32,200 nt of DNA. Origin: Fonticula alba ATCC 38817 (lineage: Eukaryota; Protista; Nucleariida). Made by a program: the position numbers and the translations under genes. Position 1 is the stretch's first letter. The number at the start of each line of letters is the position of its first letter. Location of the stretch: NCBI GenBank assembly GCA_000388065.2, contig KB932203.1; one strand, given 5' to 3'. This document shows positions 23,748 through 31,488 of the stretch, in pieces. The notes under the pieces were generated by a model. The model was not told where the DNA came from, did no database searches, and worked only from the letters and a program-made list of their open reading frames with translations.

Positions 23748-25013
23748 TCCACCGGTCCCGGCCGCGGCCCCCCGGCACACGGCCAGCATGGGGCCGCCGC
23801 GCCCGGGCCAGCGTCGCAAAATGTCTTCGACGACATTCGCCGGGGGACCTCCTCCCTCATGAAGCACTCGGCGCATGGGGTCCTGACGCTGTCCAGCAAG
23901 CTGGCCGGCGCGGCCGGCCGCAACCTGTCCAAGGCCTCCATGGACGAGGAGTTCCAGGCCCGGCGGAATGCCGAGCTCGATGGGCGCCGGCCGCTGTCCG
24001 TGGCGGATGGCGCGTCGCAGGGCTTCAAGGGCCTGCTGTCCGGCGTGGTGGGCGGCATCACCGGCACCGTGACCCAGCCGATACAGGGGTTCCGCCAGGA
24101 TGGCGCCCGTGGCCTGGCCCTGGGGCTGGGCCGCGGTGCGGCCGGGCTCCTGATCAAGCCGGCCGCCGGGCTGGCGGACTTCGTCGGGGCCCTGACCGCC
24201 GGGTCGGCCGGGGCGCTGGACATTTCCAGTGCCGACCCCCCGCGCCGGCGGCTGCCCCGGTTCATCTCGCCCCTGGTGGACCCGACCACCTTCCCGGAGC
24301 ATTTGAGCCTGGCGCACAGCTCGCGGCATTCGCCCCTGGCGCTGGCTCCCGGCGGGTCGGGGTCGATCGTGGGCGCGCGCGGGGGCGGCCGGCCTGCCGC
24401 CGGGCCCGGGTCGCCCCCCTCGCCGGGGGGGCCCACCGGCCCGGGGGGCCCCTTCGCGGCCAGCTCCATCGAGGAGGTGCTCCTGGTGGCGGCCATCGGG
24501 GCCCAGGGCCTGTCGCCCTTCGACCCGTCCACCGCCTTCGGCCAGTATGTCTTCATGTCGCTGACGCGCTATCGCCAGGTGGAGGCCCTGCTCGGGGACG
24601 CCATGCTGGACTACTTCGAGTGTGATGCCATGGGGTCCGGGCCGCAGTCGGAAAAGGCCCTGCTGGCCACGGCGGTCCACTTGCTGGTCATCTGCCCGGC
24701 GCGCTTCAAGCCCACCAGCACCTCGAACACCTTCGTGGAGAAGCGCATCGCCTGGACCGAGGTGTCCACCTTCTACCGGAAGGACCGGTCGGTGGTGGTG
24801 GTCTTCGGTGGGGCGGCCGCGCATCCGGGCTCCCCGCCGGCCGTCGGCGCCGGCCCCCGGCGCAGTGTCCTCCACTCGCAAACGGACACCTTCACCCCCA
24901 CCTCGGAGGCGGCCCTCGGCCGGCTGCTGGCCATCATCGGCGACCGGGTGGTCAACGAGCTGGACGCCACGCGCGGCCAGCTGGACCTGATCCTCAGTTC
25001 GCAGTACTGGTGA
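1074..25013 (+). CDS. VPS13: Vacuolar protein sorting-associated protein 13 (VPS13/chorein family bridge-like lipid transfer protein), multi-exon, about 6,250+ aa
   Basis: Predicted exons: 1074-1170, [gap], <1924-2350, 2478-2884, 3165-3739, 3942-4876, 5069-5598, 5875-6157, 6354-6728, 6844-7874, 8279-8872, 9031-9340, 9471-9757, 9887-10428, 10601-12776, 13234-14352, 14567-15865, 16000-16622, 16779-16899, 17011-17109, 17244-17541, 17672-18166, 18343-21581, 21919-22401, 22611-25013 (TGA). All junctions after the gap are GT-AG and phase-consistent. Family motifs recognised from memory: N-terminal MFEALVADVLRRLLGRYVQDL..QLRLAVWSG, NVELKVRRVCLRLED, RQWWQYA, WEPVLLPW, PYLIINRLG, CWDDP, IQ|MDNQ, GAVDSLGSP, GVVGGITGTVTQP. 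Least certain junctions are the 14567, 5875 and 3165 acceptors. The paralogue subtype (A/B/C/D-like) cannot be assigned by eye. Confidence 0.95.
1238..1923. other. Assembly gap (686 N) hiding part of the VPS13 Chorein_N coding sequence
   Basis: This is an N run. The conserved chorein segment between the WSG of exon 1 and the sequence at 1924 is missing from the visible DNA. A second 22-N gap (9858-9879) lies inside an intron. Confidence 0.95.
3504..3560 (+). repeat. Coding 12-bp repeat (TCGGCGGCCGAG; peptide SAAE x4)
   Basis: Read directly from the sequence, in frame within VPS13 exon 3165-3739. Confidence 0.9.
4893..4981 (+). repeat. 13-bp intronic tandem repeat (TTCTCCATGTCTC x3, spacer, x2, spacer)
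   Basis: Read directly from the sequence inside intron 4877-5068. The spacer is TTTCCCTCTCTC. Confidence 0.95.
6990..7010 (+). other. VPS13: Canonical FFAT motif (EFFDAEE) encoded in VPS13
   Basis: gag ttc ttc gac gcc gag gag is in frame in exon 6844-7874 and is preceded by SDD. It matches the FFAT consensus EFFDAxE exactly. Confidence 0.85.
8030..8065 (+). repeat. 12-bp tandem repeat CTCCCTCCATTT x3 within a long CT-rich intron tract
   Basis: Read directly from the sequence, inside intron 7875-8278. Confidence 0.9.
12931..13140 (+). repeat. 15-bp minisatellite, 14 units, inside VPS13 intron 12777-13233
   Basis: Four perfect CACGCACTCACCATG units at 13051-13110 are flanked by degenerate 15-mers, with a 30-bp higher-order duplication at 12961-13020. 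Confidence 0.95.
16779..20700 (+). other. VPS13: VPS13 adaptor-binding (VAB / SHR-BD) repeat region
   Basis: Recurrent repeat-start motifs containing the conserved Asn: PYLIINRLGVP, SSRIFENGTPNP, SAAISNRLPYD, SPVVMLNMTGLP, RPAHTLLNSLPY, PPMVLQNATPTP...CWDDP. That is six matches, as expected for six VAB repeats. Boundaries are approximate. Confidence 0.8.
18226..18291 (+). repeat. Poly-C homopolymer (66 nt) in VPS13 intron 18167-18342
   Basis: Read directly. A second interrupted C-run lies at 22414-22483. Exact lengths may be assembly-dependent. Confidence 0.9.
21340..25013 (+). other. VPS13: VPS13 C-terminal region: VPS13_C/APT1, ATG2_C-like glycine-rich segment (about 23830-24200) and terminal PH-like domain (about 24520-25010)
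   Basis: CQIFLSGVRVSLVDD..EVALLSLDQI..IQMDNQ..FEIKLDEYLLNRLL..HFRDEVMWQLHRLIGAVDSLGSP..LMKHSAHGV..SKASMDEEF..QGFKGLLSGVVGGITGTVTQPIQGFRQDGARGLALGLGRGAAGLLIKPAAGLADF, followed by LLATAVHLLVI..EKRIAWTEV. Boundaries are approximate. Confidence 0.85.
21613..21800 (+). repeat. Intronic 12-bp GTGTAGGTGCAG-like repeat (x4) followed by a long (CA)n microsatellite
   Basis: Read directly from the sequence, inside intron 21582-21918. Confidence 0.9.
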
Positions 25014-25329
25014 GCCGGGCCGTTATGGCCGCTGCGCGCGCCGCGGACCGCGCATTCTCCCCGGCCCCTTGCATGTGCCCAAATACATGGTCCTCCCCCA
25101 GCGCGCACCCGCGGGTGCGTGCGTGCAAACGCCTCGGCTTTCTCGGTGTGCCCCTGTTTGTGGGGGCGGTCTATTTTTCCTCCCCGAGAGAAGGGGGGAG
25201 GGGTGGGGCAAGATGCCGGGCAGTTGGGCCTGAGAGCCCGGCTCGGGAGGGGGGGGGGGGGATGCTTGCGCCGTCTCGCCCGGGGGAGGAGGGCCAGGGC
25301 GAGAGACGAAGAGAGCGCCCGGTTGACGC

Positions 25330-28300
25330 TCATGCGGCAGATGCGGCCCCGGGGCTCGGGCCAGCATCCGGGGCCCAGTCCTGGCCAGGAGCGGTGTGGG
25401 AGGTGGCGACAGGGCCGCGCTCAGCGCCAGCACCACCGCCACCAGAAGGCGCCCGGGCCCCCGGACCGGGGGAGGTCAAGTCAAATTCACACGGATCTCG
25501 GCCTGGCCCGAGGCCCGGTCCCAGGTCAAACGCCTGGTCGAAATCCGCCGGGTCAATGTGCTGGAGCTCGAAATCCGCCGGGTCCAAGTCCACCGGATCG
25601 AAATCCGCCGGGTCCAAGTCCGCCGGGTCGATCTGCCCGGGCTCGAAATCCACCGGGTCCAAGTCCGCCGGATCGACGTCCAGCTCAGGCCCCGGCCCAG
25701 GGGCAGGGGAGGGGACAGGACCGCCGGTCGGCCCCTGCCCGATGATGGAGTCCAGCTCGGCCGCCGGCAGGACACGGCTGCCATGGGGGTCTGGGGATGT
25801 CGGGGAGCAGGCCGTGTCAGACAGGGCACAGGGCAGGCGAAGGGCAAAGTGACGGCGGCCATGTGGGAGGTGGCATGTACCGGAACCCAGCAGCTGGGCA
25901 ATGTGCGGCCAGAGGCCGAGCTTGGTGCCGGCCGGCCGCGGCCCCGGCACCACGAGCGTGTCCTGCGCCACGATGACCAGGTGGCACCTGGCGCGCGAAA
26001 GGGCCACATTGATGCGCCGCGGGGCCTCGACAAACTCGTCCACTTGCCCCGGGCGGCTGGTGGCCGCCTTGACGCAGCTCAGCAGGATGATGTCCCGCTC
26101 GGCGCCCTGGAAGGCGTCCACCGTGGAGACGTGCGGCAGCCCTGGGCCCGGCCGGCCGGACCCGCCATCGCCCGGCTCGGCCGCGCGGTCAAAGAGCCCG
26201 AGGCGCGCCTGGGCCTGCTCCAGCAGCCCCTGCACCAGGCGCGCCTGGGCCCGGTACAGGCAGATGACCCCGATGCGGGCCGGGTCCACCCCGTGCACCG
26301 CCACCAGGCGGTACACCGCCGCAAAGAGAACCTGGGCCTCGCCCGGGTGCGAGAGGCTCCGGCCGCCAGGGCCGCCGCCCGCCCCGGCAGGCGCCCCGCC
26401 ACCCACCCCGGCGGCCATCTGGCCGAGGAAGGAGCGCACCGGCCCGGGCAGGGTGCCCAGCTGGACGGCCGCCGAGTAGCCCGGCGGCACGCGCACCAGC
26501 GACACCGGCGGCAGGGAGGCCAGCACCGGGCCCCGGCCGGCCACCTCGGGCGCCGTGGCAATCCGGCCGCCATAGAAGAGCTCATTGCACAGGCGCACGA
26601 TGGCCGGGTGGCACTGGACGGCCGGGGGGTCAGTGGATCGGGAAAGGCCAAGAGGAAGGAGGGCGGAGGCGGGAGGGGGGGGGATCGACACGAACGCACG
26701 CGATATTGCGTCAGCAGCCCGGCCACCGGGGCCCCGACATCGCGCAGACGCTCGAACAGGGTCCGCTCCAGGCCGGCGGTCGGCCCGGGCTCGGCCGGCA
26801 GCCGGGAAGCCAGCCGGCCATCGGCCCGGCCTGGAGCAAAGGGGCTCGTCAGAGTCGGGGCCAGCTGCAGCGGATCGCCCACCAACACCAGATGCCCCGG
26901 GCGGAAGCGCGTCAAGGCCACCAAGCTGGCCGGCTCCAGGAGCTGGCTGCACTCATCGATCAGCAGCAGGTCCACGGCCGGGGCCGGGTCGCCGGAGCCC
27001 CGGGCATCGGCCTTGGCGGATTCCGGCCGCGCGTCCCCCGGCACGGGGAACACGTCGGCCAGCGTGCGCGACGTGGCGCACGAGGCCACGGTCGTGGCCA
27101 CCAGGAACGCCTCGAGGACCAAGTCCCGGGCGCGGTGCGTGCGCAGGCGATCCAGCGCCCGGCGCAGCCACTCCCGGCCCGGGTGCTGCGGGTCGCGCAA
27201 GAGCTCCTGCAGGTCGCGGATCTCATCGTCATGGGCCGACGGCCGGGCCCCGGCCAGGAATGGCAGCACCGGCGGGGCCACCTTCGGCACCGGGCCCAGC
27301 CGGCAAAAGTGCTCGAACCCCAGCCGCAGCAGGGCCTGCAGCACGCTGTCCACCGCGGTGTTGGTCAGCGCACAGAGGGCCAGGCGTGGGGCCGGGAATC
27401 CCGGGCCCCGGCCGCCGCCCAGCCGGGCCCCATGCTCCCGCAGCAGGGCCCCGGCCCGGTGCAGGAAGACAATGGCCACCGCCAGCAGGCGCGACTTGCC
27501 AGCCCCGAAGACCCCATGCACCAGGGTCACGTCGGGGGACGGGCCGCCGGCCGGGGCCCCGGCGGGGGGCGGCTCCCGCACCGGCGGGCACCGGCCGAAA
27601 GTGGCCCCGCACAGCCGCCCCAGGACCGCCGCCTGGTCGTCATTCAGCGCATACTCGGCGATGGTATCCTCGCGCAGGCGGCCGATGGCCGCGAGCAGGG
27701 CCTCCCCCGGGCGCCAGGTGGCCGACGGCCGCACCCGGCGGAAGTAGCAGCCGATGTCCCCCCCGGGGTCGGGGCTGCTCGGCAGTGGACACGGGACCTG
27801 GAAGATGGGCGAGCGTCGGTCGGCCGAGGCGTGCGCAGCGGCCACCAGCTCCAGCGACTCTGTGGGCAAGCAAACAGCGGGGCCGTGTGTGTGTGTGTGT
27901 GCAGAGGAGGTAGGTCAGAAAAGACACGCAGCACGGGGGCAAGGAGCCACGGCCGGGGGAGCATGCATCACGCACCCAACATGCTGACCTCGGAGGAGGC
28001 ATTGACCAGGCGGATGCCAAAGAGCCCCGGCGACAGGGTCCCCTTGTTGGAGGCCAGCGACCGGGAGGTGGCCAGCAGCGCCCGCCAGCCGGCCGGGTCT
28101 TGTGTGATGGGAGCCATCTGTAGGGGGGGGGTGACGGGCAGCCGGGCAGCCGGACAGCCGGGCGGGCGGGGTCAGGATGGGTGCCACCGAGTGGCCGTGC
28201 GCGAGCCGGTGTGCCGCAAGACCGGCAACGGGCGTACCTCGATCCCGCCGGAGGAGTCCGGCCCGAAGAAGGTCGACTGGGCCAGGAGAAAGCGGACTGA

Positions 28301-30544
28301 GGCCGGCCCCGGGCTCGGGCTCGAGCCCGGAGGAGAGCCGGCCGGCGGGGCAAAGACCCGCAGCAGGTCGTGGAAGGAGCACAGGCCCCAGATGTCCTCC
28401 TTGGCATAGCTGCGCGACGCATGTCAGCATGGCGGCCGGCGTGGCGGAGCCGCAGCGGGGCAAAGGCAAGCGGGCGCACCTGGAGGAGGGGAGCCGGCCC
28501 TTGCCCAGGGTCAGCGTGTACAGCTGCTCGTCGGCGCCCTTGCGGAAGGGGGACTTCTTGGTGCTGCGCCGGGCGGAGGGGGGAGGTCAGATGCTGGGCA
28601 GGGACAAGCAGTAGATGCGGGAGGGGAGGCGGGGGGGGGGGGCGAGGAGGAAAGCAGCAAGAGCCGACCAGACGCGCGCGCTCACGCCAGGGGAGGAAGA
28701 GGGGGGGGGGGGGCGGAAGGCACGTACTCAAGCCAGCAGAGCGCATGCGCGGCCACCTGGTGCTTGCGCAGGGAGAACTCCCAGCCGGAGGCGGCCTGCC
28801 GCGCCGGGGGGGCCGGGCCCTCGCGCCTGCCGGCCGCCAGGCCCCGGGCAACGCCCTGCATGAAGCCCGCCACGCGGTGGATTTCCAGCTGCAGGAGCTC
28901 CGCCACGCCGAGGGAAAACCCCGCGGCATAGGCCCCGGGCGTGGGAAAGCGCGCCGGCAGGGCCACCGCCCGCCCGGTGGGCACGGGCTCCGGCACCGGG
29001 AGCACGAGCTCCAGCATGCCGAGGGCCGCCGGACCGAGGACCGGGTCCCGGGACGGCCGGGCGCCCGGCCCCCAGCGCGGCACCTTGGCCACCGGGGGGG
29101 ACCCGTCCGGTGGCGAGGCGGCCCCCTCGTCCTCGGCCGGCTGGGGGTGCGGCCGCGGCCGCGGCCGCCGGCCCGGCCCGGGTGGCACATCGACCGGCAT
29201 GGACACCGGTTCGGCCGGCGGGCCCCGGGCCCCGGGGGCCGAGCGAGGGGACCCGCCCCCGGCCGCCGGGGGGGTACCTTCGGGCGTCGGCGGCGACTCG
29301 CCCGGGCCATCCTGCAGAGCACGCAAGATGGCTTCCAGGGAGACCACCGGCTCGGCATCCCCCCCGGCGGCCATGTTGCTGGTGCTGTCCTCCGCGAAGA
29401 GGTCCATCACGGAGAGCGCCGCGCGCGAGGCGGGCCCGGGAGCAGCCGGGGGCCCGGCCGCCAGGCTGACGCTTGGCGGCCCGGCCGCCGCGCCCCCATG
29501 CTCACTCGCCCCCACGCCATAGCCGGCCATCAGGAAGGCCGACACGTCGGCATCCTGCCCCGGGGCCCGTGCCAGGGGGCCGGCCCTCGGCGCCGGCGCC
29601 CCGGGCGCCCGACCGTACGCCCCCAGCAGCAGCATCTCCAGCGCATCATCCTCGGCCGCGGCCTCGCCAGGTGTGGCCGGATCGGCGGGCGCCGCCTCGG
29701 CCGGCTGGGCCTCCGGCTGCTCCCGGCCGGCCGACCCCGAGCCCAGCATTTGCCCGACCGAGCGGAACTCCAGCCGGGGAGGGCGCCCGGCCGCCGGGGC
29801 CGGCTCCGGGGCGGGCCCCGGCCCCGGGGCGGGCTCCTGATCCCGCGCCGGCGGGGCCACCTGCTGGAGAAGCGGCCGCGAGCCGGCCGGCCGGCGGCGC
29901 AGGCCGATGGCCCGTGGACGCGGCGCTGGTGCCACGGCCGCCGGCGCGTCGCCGGCCCCGTCGGCCGGCTCCGCCAAGACAGCCGCCGCCGTCGGACCGA
30001 CAGGCCGCACGGGCACCGGCGGCCGCCATGCGGGTGCGCCGCGGGCCACCGGCACCGGCGGGCCCCTCGCAACCGGGCCCGGGTCCGCGTCCGCACCGGG
30101 ACTCTCGGCCAGTGGGCCCGGGCTGGCAGGTGCCCCGGAATCGGTCCCCGGGCCGCCGGGATCCACAACGCCCAGGAAGGTGTCCACCAGGACCAGGGCC
30201 TTCTCCACCTCGAGCTCCAGGCCGTCCGGCAGCCAGGGGGACCGGGGGTTCAGATCGCCGAGGTGCTGGCCGGAGCCGACCGCCAGGCCGGCCACGCTGC
30301 CCCCGCCGTTGACCCCCTCCCGCAGGGCCCGGACCACAAAGCGCCGGCTGGCCGGGTAGTAGCGCAGCCGCGCGTCGTGGTAGATCTTGCGCCGCTGGGT
30401 CTTGTGCGAGGTGTACTGGGCCTCATACTCCTCGTAGTGCTCGGGCGGCTCGGCATCGGCCGATGGCCCGGCCCCGGGGTGCGGCCCGCCATGCCGAGCG
30501 GCCGCCGCCGACCGCTGGAGCCGCGGCTGCGACCGGGAGTACAT
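25330..30544 (-). CDS. ZGRF1: ZGRF1-like DNA helicase (N-terminal DUF2439, long disordered linker, Upf1/DNA2-NAM7-like SF1 helicase), about 1,520 aa
   Basis: Predicted minus-strand exons: 30544-28728, 28563-28480, 28409-28238, 28117-27976, 27859-26700, 26613-25881, 25790-25330 (TGA). All are GT-AG and phase-consistent. Motifs match ZGRF1 as I recall it: EYEAQYTSHKTQRRKIYHDARL (DUF2439), SSYAKEDIW, STFFGPDSSGGIE, NASSEVSML, TLVHGVFGAGKSRLLAVAIVFL, TNTAVDSVLQALLRLGFEHFCRLG, IDECSQLLEPASL, VGDPLQLAPT, GLERTLFERL, QYRCHPAI, VSTVDAFQGAERDIILLSCV, RINVALSRARCHLVIV. The start ATG at 30544 (MYSRSQ) is inferred. Confidence 0.9.
25538..25686 (-). repeat. Coding 15-bp repeat giving an acidic pentapeptide array (DPADL/DPVDF/DPADF) at the ZGRF1-like C-terminus
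   Basis: Plus-strand units such as GAAATCCGCCGGGTC and CAAGTCCGCCGGGTC. They are in frame in the last minus-strand exon. Confidence 0.85.
25900..27650 (-). other. ZGRF1: SF1B (Upf1-like) helicase core
   Basis: Walker A HGVFGAGKS at 27492-27518, Walker B IDECSQ at 26943-26960, motif III VGDPLQL, motif IV QYR|CHP (split by intron 26614-26699), motif V TVDAFQGAERD and motif VI RINVALSRAR. Confidence 0.95.
30182..30436 (-). other. ZGRF1: DUF2439 domain of the ZGRF1-like protein
   Basis: YEEYEAQYTSHKTQRRKIYHDARLRYYPASRRFVV...LPDGLELEVEKALVLVD resembles the N-terminal domain shared by ZGRF1 and fungal Mte1/Dbl2 (recalled consensus EY..LYT.QK.KK.K.W.DG.L). Confidence 0.8.
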
Positions 30545-31488
30545 GCGCGTTCTCGCACGAGCGCGGGCTCGGGGCAGGCAGAGACAGGGGGCCCCCGGGG
30601 CAGCCAGCAGCGGGAACCCGAGAGAGGGAGAGGGAGAAAAAAAAAAGAAGACAAGCAGAGGGGAAGCCAAAGGCAGAGGTGTTCAGCAAGTGGGGCCTGG
30701 CAGGCGCGCCGGGCAGGAAGACGGGGAGGGGGGGAGGGGCAGATTGCTGATCGGTCCCCGCCCGGGACCCCGCGCGATCTCCTCGGCGCCTCTTAATGTG
30801 TGTGTGTGTGTGAGAGTGCGCGCGCACGGTGCCCGGGCGGCGGGGCGGCGGCGAGGCGCCCGGGCCCCCCCGATCGGGGCTGCCGCACGCCCGGTGCCAA
30901 CGCATCAGTGCGCGGCCCTCGGCCGGTGGCGCCGCCCGCCCGATGATCACGCGCGCGGCGCCGCGTCTCCACATGGACGCGTGCATGCGCGCACAGCGGC
31001 GCCCCGGCCAGTCCCCCCCCCCTGGTCCTTCGCGCCCCGCTTCCTCGACGGCAACCCGGCGGAGGGCAGCACGCCCCCGAGGATGACGCCCAGCCATGCA
31101 CGCGCGCGCGCGCACACACACTCGCGGCCCGCGCAGCCAATAATGCGACCCCCCCCCCCCACACCCCGGCGGCACGGTCTACCGGCTCGGGCCATGCGCG
31201 CTGAGAGCGCGCGGCCGCCACCTGCCGCCGGGGCAGGGATCCGGCCGCGCCTCCCCCACCCCCTGTGAGCCAGAGGGGGGAGAAGGAGGAGGAGGCGGAG
31301 GAGGCCCCCCCCCCCGGGAGGAAGGGCGGTCGAGGGCGCCGCATGCCGCCCGCCAGCCGACCGAAGTCGGCCCGTGTCGCGCGCGCCGCGGCCGCCGGCC
31401 CCCACCAGCACCCACTCCTCCCCTCCTCCCTTTGCCTCCTCTCTCTCCCTCCCTGTCTCTTTTTCTTTTCCCTCCCCCCCCCGACACC
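30545..31488. promoter_or_regulatory. Divergent (probably bidirectional) promoter / 5' UTR region between ZGRF1-like and RPA49
   Basis: There are 944 bp between two outward-facing start codons. The region is CpG-rich, has a CCAAT at 31137-31141, and has a pyrimidine tract shortly upstream of each ATG on its own strand. Transcription starts are not visible. Confidence 0.55.

Noticed and set aside
2321-24881. Many long minus-strand ORFs antisense to VPS13 (for example 6696-8246, 18957-20228, 21903-23552)
   Set aside because: These are shadows of GC-rich codon usage. They cross intronic repeats and show no protein-family signal.
25900-27650. Calling the helicase UPF1, SEN1, IGHMBP2 or DNA2
   Set aside because: Walker A reads HGVFGAGKS rather than QGPPGTGKT. 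The upstream DUF2439 and YAKEDIW/FFGP/NASSE blocks point to ZGRF1, and there is no UPF1 CH domain or DNA2 nuclease domain.
30545-30670. ORF-track start at 30670 for the helicase gene
   Set aside because: It is a TTG start translating a pyrimidine tract (LLVFFFFSPSPSL). The first in-frame ATG is at 30544.
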